DNA of 64,000 nucleotides from Parcubacteria group bacterium (GCA_016188775.1 JACPHC010000010.1:31333-95332); one strand, 5' to 3'. Shown: positions 9,602 to 19,676, counted from the stretch's first letter. Numbers and translations: made by a program. The notes: generated from the letters alone by a model not told the origin.

Positions 9602-10177
9602 ATGGAAAAATTAAGAATAATGTTTAAAAATTTTTTCAGGCAGGCTTGGGAGATCGCGAAAATCATCGTTGTTTCTTTGGCCATTATCATTCCCGTCCGT
9701 TATTTTCTTGTCCAGCCGTTTCTTGTCAAAGGTTCTTCAATGGAGCCGAATTTTCAAGACGGCAATTATCTTTTAATTGACGAAATATCGCCGCGGCTGC
9801 GCGATTACGGGAGAGGGGATATTATTGTTTTTCGCTTTCCGCAAAATCATGGCATTTATTTGATTAAAAGAATCATCGGACTGCCTGGCGAGGAAGTGGA
9901 AATAGACAATGGCCGGATTTATGTTTGGGACGCCGTTGGCCTTAAAAAAATCGCTTTAATCGAGCCGTATTTGGCCAATGGCGTTTTAACTCTTGGCAGT
10001 TCCCGGATTACTTTGGGCCAAAACGAATATTTTGTTTTGGGAGACAATCGCGCCGCCAGTTCCGATTCGCGGAGTTGGGGTTCGGTTAAAAAAGATAATA
10101 TTGTCGGTAAGGTTTGGCTGCGCGCTTGGCCCATAGCCGAGGCCGGTTTTTTTGAAACCCCGAACTACAGACCATAG
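9602..10177 (+). CDS. lepB: Signal peptidase I
   Basis: GSSMEP, LIKRIIGLPGE, FVLGDNR..S.DSR.WG. Confidence 0.95.
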   Translation: MEKLRIMFKNFFRQAWEIAKIIVVSLAIIIPVRYFLVQPFLVKGSSMEPNFQDGNYLLIDEISPRLRDYGRGDIIVFRFPQNHGIYLIKRIIGLPGEEVEIDNGRIYVWDAVGLKKIALIEPYLANGVLTLGSSRITLGQNEYFVLGDNRAASSDSRSWGSVKKDNIVGKVWLRAWPIAEAGFFETPNYRP

Positions 10178-10181
10178 GTCT

Positions 10182-10327
10182 TTCGCTTATAATGATTAAA
10201 GAAGTTATTCTAAAAATTTTTAAGGTCGAGGCGCTTTAATTAAATTATATAATCCGCCGAGGGTGCCTAAAAAATTTTAGAATAACTTCTTGCCATTATT
10301 CCGAAAAATTATTTCGCAAAAAGTTTT
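10182..10327 (+). repeat. Palindromic element family C, copy 1 (core hairpin 10199-10291)
   Basis: Core AGGTCGAGGC...TTATATAATCCGCCGAGGGTGCCT inside a long AT-rich IR; five copies in the window. Confidence 0.92.
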
Positions 10328-10333
10328 ATTAAA

Positions 10334-11617
10334 ATGCCTAAAAAAAGACAAAAAGAATTATTTCAGCCGGCCAAAGGAACTTTTGATATTTTGCCGGAAG
10401 ACGAGTGGTATTGGGACAAGATTTATAAAGCCGCGAGCAAAGCGGCCGATGTTTACGGGTTTGGCAAGATAGAGACGCCGATTTTTGAAAATACCAATCT
10501 GTTTTTAAGAAGCGTGGGCGAGACTACCGATATAGCGGAGAAACAAATGTATAGCTTTAAGACCAGAGGCGGGGATGCGCTCACTTTGAGACCGGAAGGA
10601 ACGGCGCCGATTAGCCGGGCTTTTATTTCCAACGGACTTTTTGAATTGCCTCAACCGCTGAAGCTTTGGTATTGGGGTCCCTTTTTTAGGCACGAAAGTC
10701 CGCAGCATTTAAGATACCGGGAGTTTCATCAGTTCGGTTTTGAAATTTTTGGCGACCGGGATTCGGTTTATGACGCTTTAATTATTCAGATTTTTGCCAA
10801 TATTTTAAAGGAACTCGGATGGGCTGATTTTGTCGTGGAGATCAATAGCGTGGGCTGTCAGACTTGCCGGCCGGATTTTCGGCGCCTTCTTTTAAATTAT
10901 TATCGTTCTCGCCAGCGGCTTTTGTGCAAGGACTGCAAAAGGCGGTTTGTTTCCAATCCTTTGCGGCTTTTAGATTGCAAAGAAGAAAAATGCGCCGAGT
11001 TGAAATCGCGCGCGCCGCAAATTATCGATCATCTTTGTTCCGCTTGTCGTCCGCATTTTAAATCCACGCTTGAATTTTTGGATGATCTGGAAATTCCTTA
11101 TATGCTGAATCCGCATCTGGTGCGCGGTTTGGATTATTATTCCAAAACCGTGTTTGAATTTGTTTCAACTTCAAAAGAAGATAAGATGGCTATCGCTTCC
11201 GGCGGGCGTTATGACAATTTGGTGGAATTATTGGGAGGAAAAAGCGCGCCGGCCGTCGGCGGAGCCGCGGGCATTGAACGGCTCATCGCCAGTTTAAAAG
11301 AAATCGGCGTTCAGCCGGAGCCGAAAGAAAATCCGAAAGTTTTTGTGGTTCAGCTCGGTTCTTTAGCCAAAAGAAAATCTCTTTCTTTGATTGAAGATTT
11401 AAGAAAAGCGGAAATCACTTTTGCCGAATCCCTGGGTCGGGATTCCATTAAAGCTCAACTCAAGATTGCTGATCGCCTCAAGGCGCAATTAGCGCTAATT
11501 ATCGGCCAAAAAGAATCTTTGGATAATACGATTATTATTCGAGAGATGGATTCCGGCAATCAGGAAACCGTGACACGAGCGAAAATTATTGATAGATTAA
11601 AAAAGAGATTAAGTTAA
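10334..11617 (+). CDS. hisS: Histidine--tRNA ligase
   Basis: LRPEGTA, FRHESPQ, LVRGLDYY, ASGGRYD. Confidence 0.97.
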   Translation: MPKKRQKELFQPAKGTFDILPEDEWYWDKIYKAASKAADVYGFGKIETPIFENTNLFLRSVGETTDIAEKQMYSFKTRGGDALTLRPEGTAPISRAFISNGLFELPQPLKLWYWGPFFRHESPQHLRYREFHQFGFEIFGDRDSVYDALIIQIFANILKELGWADFVVEINSVGCQTCRPDFRRLLLNYYRSRQRLLCKDCKRRFVSNPLRLLDCKEEKCAELKSRAPQIIDHLCSACRPHFKSTLEFLDDLEIPYMLNPHLVRGLDYYSKTVFEFVSTSKEDKMAIASGGRYDNLVELLGGKSAPAVGGAAGIERLIASLKEIGVQPEPKENPKVFVVQLGSLAKRKSLSLIEDLRKAEITFAESLGRDSIKAQLKIADRLKAQLALIIGQKESLDNTIIIREMDSGNQETVTRAKIIDRLKKRLS

Positions 11618-11623
11618 AATTTT

Positions 11624-11992
11624 ATGGCTGTTATTTTCGATCCCAATTGTATTTTTTGTAAAATCGGCAGAAAAGAATTGTCGGCGGATATTTTGTTTGA
11701 AAATGACGCTTATGTCGTTTTTAAAGATATTCAGCCCAAAGCGCCGGTTCATCTTTTAGTGGCGACTAAAAATCATATCAGCTCGATAATGGAAATTCAG
11801 GAAAAGGACAAGGAATTGATCGGCGGTTTGATTTTGCTGGCGAAAAAAATCGCCCAAGATCAGGGAATCGCCGCCAGCGGTTTTAAATTGGTTTTTAATG
11901 TCGGTCGAGGAGGCGGGCAGGTAATCGATCACCTTCACCTTCATCTTTTGGGGGGCTGGGCGGTTCCGGCTCAAAAAAAAGTGGAAGTGTAG
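11624..11992 (+). CDS. HIT family (HINT) nucleotide-binding protein
   Basis: CIFCKI, DIQPKAPVH, HLHLHLLGG. Confidence 0.93.
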   Translation: MAVIFDPNCIFCKIGRKELSADILFENDAYVVFKDIQPKAPVHLLVATKNHISSIMEIQEKDKELIGGLILLAKKIAQDQGIAASGFKLVFNVGRGGGQVIDHLHLHLLGGWAVPAQKKVEV

Positions 11993-12022
11993 AAAATTTG
12001 AAAAGAGATAATTTTAAGCATT

Positions 12023-12253
12023 ATGCCAATCATTGTTAGAAAAAGAGAAAAAGAAACCCCCGGCGGTTTAGTTCGACGTTTTACTAAAATAGTCAAACAA
12101 AGCGGCTTTGTTTTGAAGACGAGAAAAAAAAGATTTTATAAAAAACCGCTGACTAAAAAGAAAAAACGGGACGCGGCTCTGGGTCGGGCTAAAACGGCCA
12201 AAGAAATGGAACGGCTGGAAAAATTGGGAAAGAAAAAAGAAACCAAAAGATAG
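12023..12253 (+). CDS. rpsU: 30S ribosomal protein S21 (divergent)
   Basis: Basic 76 aa, LVRRF..KRFYKKP; precedes yqeY as in the canonical rpsU-yqeY order. Confidence 0.75.
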   Translation: MPIIVRKREKETPGGLVRRFTKIVKQSGFVLKTRKKRFYKKPLTKKKKRDAALGRAKTAKEMERLEKLGKKKETKR

Positions 12254-12261
12254 TTTTCAAT

Positions 12262-12750
12262 ATGTTAAAAGTTCAGCTTCAAAATGATTTAAAAACCGCC
12301 ATGAAAGCGGTTGATATTTCGCGCCGGACCGTTTTGCAGTCATTGCTGGCCGCGATTCGGAATAAAGAAATAGAAAAACGGAGCCGGATTAAAGAAGTTG
12401 CCGGAAAAAGCGACGAAGAACTTCGAACACTTTCCGAATTAAAAGACGATGAAATTATTTCCGTCATTGCCGCGGAGGTTAAAAAAAGAAAAGACGCTTT
12501 AACGCTTTACGAAAAAAGCGGACGTTTGGATTTAATTGAAAAAGAAAAATCCGAACTGGAAATTTTATCGGCTTATTTGCCCGAACAGCTTTCGGAAGAA
12601 GAAATTAGAATAGAAGTTAAAAAAATTATTGAAACTTTAAAAGCCGGTCCCGGCGATTTCGGCAAAGCAATGAAAGAAGTTTCAGCTCGCCTTAAAGGAA
12701 AAGCCGAGGGCGGCCTAGTCAGTAAAATCGTCAAAGAAATGCTGGGTTAA
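12262..12750 (+). CDS. GatB/YqeY domain protein
   Basis: DLKTAMKA...KKRKDA..YEKSGR.DL...E.EIL.AYLPEQLSEEE. Confidence 0.92.
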   Translation: MLKVQLQNDLKTAMKAVDISRRTVLQSLLAAIRNKEIEKRSRIKEVAGKSDEELRTLSELKDDEIISVIAAEVKKRKDALTLYEKSGRLDLIEKEKSELEILSAYLPEQLSEEEIRIEVKKIIETLKAGPGDFGKAMKEVSARLKGKAEGGLVSKIVKEMLG

Positions 12751-12754
12751 TTTT

Positions 12755-13237
12755 ATGATTGTTCTCGAGATTAATAATTTAACCGCGGTAAAAATTAATA
12801 AAACTCAATTAAAAAAAACCGCTCAAAAAATCATTGGGGCGGTAAGCAAAGAAAAAATCGAATTTAAAAAATTTAAAAAAATTGAAATTAGCTTGGCCTT
12901 TGTCGGCGATTCCCGTATAAAAAAATTAAACAAAATTTGGAGAGGAAAAAATCGGATCACGGATGTTTTATCTTTTGGCGTTGAGGAAATTGAATTTAAA
13001 AACTCGCCGGTTGGCGATGTTTTTATTTCTCCGGATAACGTTAAGAGAATCGGCGAGATTGTTATAGATCCGCATCAGGCGAAAAAACAGGCCAAAAAAT
13101 TTGGCCATAGTCTTGATAAAGAAATTATCCGCCTTTTAGCTCACGGCATCTTGCATCTTTTAGGTTACGATCATGAAAATGATAAAGAAGCCCTTGAAAT
13201 GGAAAGGCTGGAAGAGAAAATTTTAATGGATTTTTAG
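12755..13237 (+). CDS. ybeY: rRNA maturation RNase YbeY
   Basis: TDVLSF and HGILHLLGYDH motifs. Confidence 0.95.
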   Translation: MIVLEINNLTAVKINKTQLKKTAQKIIGAVSKEKIEFKKFKKIEISLAFVGDSRIKKLNKIWRGKNRITDVLSFGVEEIEFKNSPVGDVFISPDNVKRIGEIVIDPHQAKKQAKKFGHSLDKEIIRLLAHGILHLLGYDHENDKEALEMERLEEKILMDF

Positions 13238-13297
13238 CATTGCAATTGATTTAATTTCCAGTTATTCTATACAATATAGAATAACTTTTTTATTTAT

Positions 13298-14527
13298 ATG
13301 GCGCGGGAAAAAATAATTGTGGGATTGGATATCGGCACTTCAACGATCCAGACGATTGTGGCCAAAAAAAGAAAAGGGACTCGGCCGCAAGTAATCGGAA
13401 TTGGCGAATCGGGCGCCCTGGGAATCAGGCGCGGCGTTGTTGTCAATATCAATGAAGCCATTAAAAGCATTAAAGCGTCGGTTATGCAGGCGGAACGCGC
13501 TTCCGGCGTTCCCGTCTCTCGAGTCTACGTCAGTCTGGGCGGATCTCATATTCAGATCGCTCCTTCCAAAGGAGTGGTGGCGGTTTCTCGGGCCGACGGC
13601 GAAGTGTCGGAAGATGACGTGGATCGAGTGATTCGCGCCGCCGAGTCAATTTCTTTGCCGGCTAATTATGAAATTTTGCATATCATACCGCGCCGTTTTC
13701 GTCTGGACAGCCAAGAAGACATTAAAGATCCCAAAGGCATGACTGGCATTCGGCTTGAAACCGAGGCTTTAGTTGTTGAAGCTTTTACTCCCTCGGTTAA
13801 AAATTTAACCAAGGCCGTGAATGAGGCCGGATTGAAAATAGAAGAGCTGATTTTTTCCAGTTTAGCCGCGGCTGAATCCAGTTTAAGTCAGCAGCAAAAA
13901 GAACTGGGCGTTATCGGCATTGATATCGGCGGCGGCACAACCGGTCTCGTGGTTTACGAAGAAGGAGATCTTTTGCACGCCGGGGTTATTCCCGTTGGAG
14001 GAACGCATTTAACCAATGATGTGGCTATCGGGCTTAGAACTTCCATTGAGACGGCTGAGCGAGTCAAGGTGGCGGCCGGCTACGCGGTGCCGGAAAAAAT
14101 CGGCAAACGCGATTTGATTGATTTAGCTAAATTTTCCAAACACGAAGAAGGCGAGACGCAGAAGCGGTATTTGGCGGAAATCATTGAAGCCCGGCTTTCG
14201 GAAATTTTCGAGCTGGCGAATAAAGAATTAAAAAAGATTAATCGTTTGGGCGAACTGCCCGCCGGAGCGGTTTTGTTGGGCGGCTCGGCTCATTTAAATG
14301 ACATCGCGGAACTCGCTAAAAAACGATTGAAACTGCCGGTAATCACCGGTCGGCCAATAGAACTTGACGGATTAGGCGATCGCCTGTCCAAACCGGAATA
14401 CGCTACGGCTGTTGGTTTGATTTTAATCGCTTCCAAGCACCTTGAGAATGAAGAAAACGGTTTTCCTTTCCGAAAAGCTCCTCCAATCAGCGGATTTTTC
14501 AGATGGCTTAAAAACTTCCTTCCCTAA
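13298..14527 (+). CDS. ftsA: Cell division protein FtsA
   Basis: GLDIGTS, IDIGGGTT, GGTHLTND, IIEARLSEI. Confidence 0.96.
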   Translation: MAREKIIVGLDIGTSTIQTIVAKKRKGTRPQVIGIGESGALGIRRGVVVNINEAIKSIKASVMQAERASGVPVSRVYVSLGGSHIQIAPSKGVVAVSRADGEVSEDDVDRVIRAAESISLPANYEILHIIPRRFRLDSQEDIKDPKGMTGIRLETEALVVEAFTPSVKNLTKAVNEAGLKIEELIFSSLAAAESSLSQQQKELGVIGIDIGGGTTGLVVYEEGDLLHAGVIPVGGTHLTNDVAIGLRTSIETAERVKVAAGYAVPEKIGKRDLIDLAKFSKHEEGETQKRYLAEIIEARLSEIFELANKELKKINRLGELPAGAVLLGGSAHLNDIAELAKKRLKLPVITGRPIELDGLGDRLSKPEYATAVGLILIASKHLENEENGFPFRKAPPISGFFRWLKNFLP

Positions 14528-14572
14528 ATTAATTTTTTGTGCTAAGATTGTTTCGTCCAGAAAAAAATAAAA

Positions 14573-15055
14573 ATGAAGAAAACAAAAATAATAACGGACA
14601 AGAAAGATATTGAAAAACTTCTCGTAAAACAGACTGCGGTAATTTTAAACGCGGTTGATGAGAAAATTTCAAAGCTTGACAAGTCAGTTGATGAGAAAAT
14701 TTCAAAGCTTGACAAGTCAGTTGATGAGAAAATTTCAAAGCTTGACAAGTCAGTTGATGAGAAAATTTCAAAGCTTGACAAGTCAGTTGATGAGAAAATT
14801 TCAAAGCTTGACAAGTCAGTTGATGAGAAAATTTCAAGACTTAGTTTGGAAATAATTAAAAGAGAAGCCCATATGGACGCGCGACTTGGAAAGCTTGAAG
14901 AAAGATTGACTAAAAAAATCGATCAGCTTACTACGGCATTAGATAAGTTTCTCACCCGTCTTACTGGACTCGAGCAAGAATTTATATTTATGAAGGAAGA
15001 TATAAAAAGAATAAAATCAATTTTAAAAGAGAAAATTGGAGTCGATTTAACTTAG
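14573..15055 (+). CDS. Coiled-coil hypothetical protein with 11-residue tandem repeats
   Basis: (VDEKISKLDKS)x5.6; lies between ftsA and ftsZ. Confidence 0.75.
   Translation: MKKTKIITDKKDIEKLLVKQTAVILNAVDEKISKLDKSVDEKISKLDKSVDEKISKLDKSVDEKISKLDKSVDEKISKLDKSVDEKISRLSLEIIKREAHMDARLGKLEERLTKKIDQLTTALDKFLTRLTGLEQEFIFMKEDIKRIKSILKEKIGVDLT
14654..14837 (+). repeat. Perfect 33-bp tandem repeat, 5 units plus 19 bp
   Basis: Unit GTTGATGAGAAAATTTCAAAGCTTGACAAGTCA, no spacers. Confidence 0.97.
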
Positions 15056-15067
15056 GCTTATTTAATT

Positions 15068-15212
15068 ATGCCCAGTAGTGAAATTTCGATAGATTTTTTT
15101 TCTGTCATTTGATTATCACTCTCTACTTGGCAAAATATATTTATTATTAACAATTCCGACTTCTTGTCTTAAGAAATCTTAATGACAGAATCGAAATTCT
15201 ACTACTGGGTAT
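15068..15212 (+). repeat. Palindromic element family E, copy 1, abutting the ftsZ ATG
   Basis: IR ATGCCCAGTAGT(GA)AATTTCGAT / ATCGAAATT(CT)ACTACTGGGTAT; near-identical to 51252-51396. Confidence 0.92.
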
Positions 15213-16374
15213 GCCTCGCATTAAACCAAGCATCGAAACATTTGCCAAAATTAAAGTCATTGGCATTGGCGGTTCCGGCTCTAACGCGGTTGACCATATG
15301 ATTGAGCGGCGAATTCAAGGCGTGGAATTTATCGCCATCAACACCGACGCGCAGGATTTGCATCATTCCCGGGCGCCGATTAAAATTCATATCGGGAAAA
15401 ATTTGACCCATGGCTTGGGCGCGGGAATGAATCCCGAAGTCGGCGAAAAAGCGGCTGAAGAAAGCAAGGAGGAAATCCAGGAAGCTTTAAAGGGCGCGGA
15501 CATGATTTTTATCGCCGGCGGTTTTGGCGGCGGCACTTGTTCCGGGGCCTCCCCCGTGGTGGCGGAAATCGCCGATGGCACCGGCGCTTTAGTCGTGGCG
15601 GTCATTACCCGTCCTTTTAGTTTTGAAGGCGCTCACAGAACTCGGATTGCCGATGAAGCTTTTGGCCGGATTGAAAGCCGAGTGGACACTTTAATCAGAA
15701 TCAGCAATGACAAACTTTTATCTTTAATTGACAAAAAAACTCCTCTTTTGAGCGCTTTCAATATTGTCGATGAAGTTTTGCTTCAGGCGGTGCAGGGAAT
15801 TTCCGATATCATCACTTTGCCCGGCATTGTTAATGTGGATTTTGCCGATGTCAAGGCGATTATGGGTCAAGGCGGAGCCTCTCTTTTGGGCATTGGCAAG
15901 GCCTCGGGCCAAGAGCGGGCGATAGAAGCGGCTCGAGCCGCCATGCATTCTCCTCTTTTAGATATTTCCATTGACGGGGCCAAAGGGCTTTTGTTTAACG
16001 TCAGCGGCGGCCCGGATTTGGCTATGTATGAAATCAATGACGCGGCAAAATTGATTACCGAATCAATAGATAAAGACGCCAAAGTTATTTTCGGCGCGGT
16101 TGAGGACGCTCGCCTTAAAAAAGGCGAAATTAAAATCACGATTATTGCCACTGGTTTTGATGATAAACCTTCCAATACCGACGGTGAATTAGGGAAAAAT
16201 GTTTCCAATAAGCCGTTAATTAAGACTGTCGGAGCGGTGGAAAGTTTTTTTGCCAGGGAAAGCAAAGAGGACAAAAATGATAAGAAATCTGAAAATAACG
16301 TTAAGATTGAAGAGAAAAAAAAAGAAGAATCCGACGAGTGGGATATTCCGGCCTTTTTAAGGAGAAAGAAATAA
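15211..16374 (+). CDS. ftsZ: Cell division protein FtsZ
   Basis: GIGGSGSNAV, GGFGGGTCSG tubulin motif, NVDFADV, C-terminal DIPAFLRR. Confidence 0.97.
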   Translation: MPRIKPSIETFAKIKVIGIGGSGSNAVDHMIERRIQGVEFIAINTDAQDLHHSRAPIKIHIGKNLTHGLGAGMNPEVGEKAAEESKEEIQEALKGADMIFIAGGFGGGTCSGASPVVAEIADGTGALVVAVITRPFSFEGAHRTRIADEAFGRIESRVDTLIRISNDKLLSLIDKKTPLLSAFNIVDEVLLQAVQGISDIITLPGIVNVDFADVKAIMGQGGASLLGIGKASGQERAIEAARAAMHSPLLDISIDGAKGLLFNVSGGPDLAMYEINDAAKLITESIDKDAKVIFGAVEDARLKKGEIKITIIATGFDDKPSNTDGELGKNVSNKPLIKTVGAVESFFARESKEDKNDKKSENNVKIEEKKKEESDEWDIPAFLRRKK

Positions 16375-16399
16375 AAAAAGCTCGACTTATCCCCAGAAG

Positions 16400-16433
16400 A
16401 ACGCCTTGACGGCGTTTTTTGTTCGTCTAAAAT
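16400..16433 (+). promoter_or_regulatory. ftsZ terminator hairpin overlapping the putative nrdJ promoter
   Basis: AACGCC-ttgac-GGCGTT-TTTT with TTGACG-16 nt-TAAAAT; DnaA-box-like TTATCCCCA just upstream at 16387-16395. Confidence 0.5.
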
Positions 16434-16445
16434 AAAGATACTTAT

Positions 16446-18752
16446 ATGTTAAAAAATCCCATCAAACAAGTTGAAAAACGCGACGGCCGGATTGTTGATT
16501 TTGATCAGGCGAGAATCACCAGCGCTATTTACCGGGCCATGGAAGCGGCGAACGAAGGCGATTTGGGTCGGGACCCTCAAAAAGTTTCCGATCGCGTGGT
16601 CAAAGAGTTGATAAAAAAATATTCCAAAGGAGGGATTCCAAAAATAGAAGAAATTCAGGACGTCGCGGAAGAGTCTTTAATTTTATTGGATTTCCCCAAA
16701 GTCGCCAAGGCTTACATTCTTTACCGGCATGAGCGTTCGCTGGTTCGGGAGAAACAAAAATTTATTCCGGAGCGCGTTAAAAAATTAGCCAGCGAGTCTA
16801 AAAAATATTTCCGCAATCCTTTGGGCGAATTTATTTTTTACCGGACTTATTCGCGCTGGATCGAAGAAGAAAATCGAAGGGAAACTTGGATTGAAACGGT
16901 TGATCGCTATGTTAATTTTATGAAAGAAAATTTGGGCCAGCGGCTGAAAGAAGATGAATACGCGACGATTCGCGAGGCGATTTTAAATCAGGAAGTAATG
17001 CCTTCAATGCGGCTTTTATGGAGCGCGGGCAAAAGCGCTAAAGCCACTAATGTTTCGGCCTATAATTGTTCTTATTTAGCACCCTCAAAAATAGAGGATT
17101 TTGCCGAGATTATGTATCTACTGATGTGCGGCGCCGGAGTCGGGTTTTCCGTGGAATCGCAGACAGTTCAAGAATTGCCGATCGTCAAGCGTCAGAATGG
17201 AAAAATAAGAGAGGCTTACGCGATAGCCGACAGCAAAGAAGGCTGGGCCGACGCTTTGACTCTTGGTTTAAAAACTTGGTACGAAGGAGAGGATATTGAA
17301 TTTGATTTTTCCCAGCTTCGGCCGGCTGGAGCCCGTCTTAAAACCATGGGCGGCCGAAGTTCCGGCCCGGCTCCTTTGGTCGCTCTTTTGGATTTTACTC
17401 GGAATAAAATTTTGTCCAGACAGGGAAAGAGATTGAGCAATTTAGATGTTCACGATATTATCTGCAAAATCGCGGATTTGGTGGTGATGGGCGGCGTTCG
17501 GCGATCGGCCCTGATTTCTTTATCGGACCTTGACGATGAAGAGATGCGATTTGCCAAAACCGGACAATTTTACTTGACTGACCCGCAGAGAATGCTGGCT
17601 AATAATTCGGCTGTTTATAATTATCGGCCGACTTCAACCCAATTTTTGGACGAGTGGCTGGCTTTGGCCAAAAGCGGCACGGGCGAGCGGGGAATTTTTA
17701 ACCGCGGCAGTCTAAAAAATCAATTGCCGGAGAGGCGTTGGAAGGTTTTTGAGAAATATTGGCAGACGTCCGGCACTAATCCCTGCGGCGAAATTATTCT
17801 AAGATCGAAGCAATTTTGCAATCTTTCGGAAGTGGTGGCGCGAGCCCAAGATACCGAAGAAACTTTGCTTAGAAAAGTTGAAATAGCGGCGATTTTGGGA
17901 ACTTATCAATCAACTTTCATTAATTTTCCATATATTTCCAAAGATTGGAGGAAAAATTGCGAAGAAGAAAGGTTGCTGGGAGTTTCCATAACCGGCCAGT
18001 GGGATAGTTCGGCCGCCCGATCTCCGGAAATTTTACGAAAATTAAAAGTTCAAGCCGTTAAAACAAATCGTCAATACGCCAAGAAATTCGGCGTTAACGA
18101 ATCAACGTGCGTGACGTGCGTTAAGCCGTCCGGCACGGTTTCGCAATTGGTGGATGCCGCTTCGGGCATGCATCCGCGCCACGCCAAATATTATATTCGC
18201 CGGATCCGTATTTCCGCCACTGATCCGCTTTTCCAAATGTTAAAGGAACAAAAATTTCCCTATCAGCCGGAAGTGGGGCAATTGGAAAATTCCGCCACTA
18301 CTTACGTGTTGGATTTTCCGGTTAAAGCCCCCAAAAGCGCGGCTTTAAGAAACGATTTGACGGCTATGAGTCAGTTGGAGTATTGGAAAATTGTTAAAAT
18401 GAATTACACCGAGCATAATCCTTCCGTGACCATTACCGTTGACGACGGCGAATGGATTGAGGTGGCCAATTGGCTTTATCAAAACTGGGACATGCTGGGC
18501 GGTCTTTCTTTTTTGCCTAAAGAAAAACACGTTTATCAATTGGCTCCTTATGAAGAAATTACCGAAGAGAAATATGTTGAGTTAATGTCTAGAATGCCCG
18601 ATATTGATTTTTCCCAAATTATCGCTTACGAAAAAGAAGATCAGACAACCGGCGCCAAAGAATTGGCCTGCGTGGGCGGAGTTTGCGAAATTGATCCGGA
18701 AGAAGGCAGCGTGCCAACAGCAGAGACAAAAATTATCGCGGCCAGTTATTAA
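16446..18752 (+). CDS. nrdJ: Class II (adenosylcobalamin-dependent) ribonucleotide reductase with N-terminal ATP cone
   Basis: VEKRDGR ATP cone, RTYSR, YNCSY, TNPCGEI, CVKPSGTVS, C-terminal ACVGGVCEI. Confidence 0.93.
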   Translation: MLKNPIKQVEKRDGRIVDFDQARITSAIYRAMEAANEGDLGRDPQKVSDRVVKELIKKYSKGGIPKIEEIQDVAEESLILLDFPKVAKAYILYRHERSLVREKQKFIPERVKKLASESKKYFRNPLGEFIFYRTYSRWIEEENRRETWIETVDRYVNFMKENLGQRLKEDEYATIREAILNQEVMPSMRLLWSAGKSAKATNVSAYNCSYLAPSKIEDFAEIMYLLMCGAGVGFSVESQTVQELPIVKRQNGKIREAYAIADSKEGWADALTLGLKTWYEGEDIEFDFSQLRPAGARLKTMGGRSSGPAPLVALLDFTRNKILSRQGKRLSNLDVHDIICKIADLVVMGGVRRSALISLSDLDDEEMRFAKTGQFYLTDPQRMLANNSAVYNYRPTSTQFLDEWLALAKSGTGERGIFNRGSLKNQLPERRWKVFEKYWQTSGTNPCGEIILRSKQFCNLSEVVARAQDTEETLLRKVEIAAILGTYQSTFINFPYISKDWRKNCEEERLLGVSITGQWDSSAARSPEILRKLKVQAVKTNRQYAKKFGVNESTCVTCVKPSGTVSQLVDAASGMHPRHAKYYIRRIRISATDPLFQMLKEQKFPYQPEVGQLENSATTYVLDFPVKAPKSAALRNDLTAMSQLEYWKIVKMNYTEHNPSVTITVDDGEWIEVANWLYQNWDMLGGLSFLPKEKHVYQLAPYEEITEEKYVELMSRMPDIDFSQIIAYEKEDQTTGAKELACVGGVCEIDPEEGSVPTAETKIIAASY

Positions 18753-18770
18753 TTTACGAATTATTTGTTT

Positions 18771-18801
18771 TGTCATTGCGAGTCGGGAGCGAAGCAATCT
18801 C
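18771..18801 (+). repeat. GTCATTGCGAG...GAAGCAATCTC REP/RPE-type half element
   Basis: Same motif twice more, with its reverse partner, at 52507-52635. Confidence 0.75.
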
Positions 18802-18815
18802 GCGATTATTTTTTT

Positions 18816-18916
18816 AAAGCCGGTCTAATCCGGCGGTCGTAAACTTTTTGGGTGTTTTTACTCTTTGGAGTATTGATCCTGAAAAAGGATGAAGGCCGCC
18901 GGATTAGACCGGCTTT
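18816..18916. repeat. 101-bp branched palindromic element
   Basis: IR AAAGCCGGTCTAATCCGGCGG / CCGCCGGATTAGACCGGCTTT (21 bp perfect) enclosing TACTC/GAGTA and ATCCT/AGGAT hairpins. Confidence 0.85.
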
Positions 18917-18977
18917 GTCTACTTCATGCTCTAATAATAATTTTTAATTATTTTTTTTATTTTGTTATAATATTTCA

Positions 18978-19011
18978 AGCATTTACTTGCTATCGCTTAT
19001 AAATGCTAAAA
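18978..19011 (+). repeat. Left hairpin/inverted repeat flanking the PaaX-like gene
   Basis: AGCATTTA-cttgctatcgctta-TAAATGCT-AAAA; 29/34 identical to the reverse complement of 19678-19711. Confidence 0.85.
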
Positions 19012-19062
19012 TGGATAGTTTATAGTTTTAAGTTTAAAAATTATTAATCTATTTTAAAATCT

Positions 19063-19623
19063 ATGTCTTTTGGTCCAGGAGTTGTGCAACGGAAAATTTT
19101 ACTTCTACTTTTAGGCGGGTTATCTCTTAGTTTTTCCAGATCGCCGCGGCAATATTTTAGTATTCTTAAAGAAATAAGAAAAAAGTGGAAAAAAATAAAT
19201 CAGCAATCCTTGCAGCGAGCAATAAGAAGTTTATACAAGAATCGTCTCATCACTGAAAAATATAATCGTGACGGAACAATTACGCTTGCGCTTTCCGATG
19301 CCGGCCGTAAGCGCGCTTTGATTTTTAACCTAAATGAAATGTCAATCAAGAAACCGAAGACGTGGGATAAAAAATGGAGAATTATTTTGTTTGATATCCC
19401 TGAAAATAGAAAAAAAATACGGGAAGCTTTACGTTTTCATCTTCAACGTTTAGGTTTTAGACAATTGCAGAAAAGCGTTTTTGTTTATCCTTATCCTTGC
19501 GATGATGAGGTGGATTTTCTTATTGAATTTTATCAAATTAAATCTTTTGTCAGAAAAATGTTCGCTGTTTCGATTGATAATGAATTGTATTTTAAACAAA
19601 AGTTTTCTCTTTTTAATAGTTAG
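19063..19623 (+). CDS. PaaX-like protein: winged HTH plus Cas2/VapD-like ferredoxin fold
   Basis: L.RAIRSLYKNRLI...LSDAGR (wHTH), then WDKKWRIILFDIPE....REALR..L..LGF.QLQKSVFVYPY. Confidence 0.8.
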   Translation: MSFGPGVVQRKILLLLLGGLSLSFSRSPRQYFSILKEIRKKWKKINQQSLQRAIRSLYKNRLITEKYNRDGTITLALSDAGRKRALIFNLNEMSIKKPKTWDKKWRIILFDIPENRKKIREALRFHLQRLGFRQLQKSVFVYPYPCDDEVDFLIEFYQIKSFVRKMFAVSIDNELYFKQKFSLFNS

Positions 19624-19676
19624 TTGGCTAATTAGAATAGCAATTTGATTAGTTAATAACTACATTATAGATTTTA

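Noticed and set aside
14654-14837. 33-bp repeats as a CRISPR array
   Set aside because: Units are head-to-tail with no spacers, a multiple of three in length, and lie inside an open reading frame.
16375-16445. Cobalamin riboswitch upstream of nrdJ
   Set aside because: The leader is only about 70 nt and contains just a terminator and promoter-like sequence.
19063-19623. Bona fide cas2 / CRISPR-Cas locus or phenylacetate regulator
   Set aside because: No cas1, array or paa genes nearby; it is an HTH fusion lacking the PaaX C-terminal domain.
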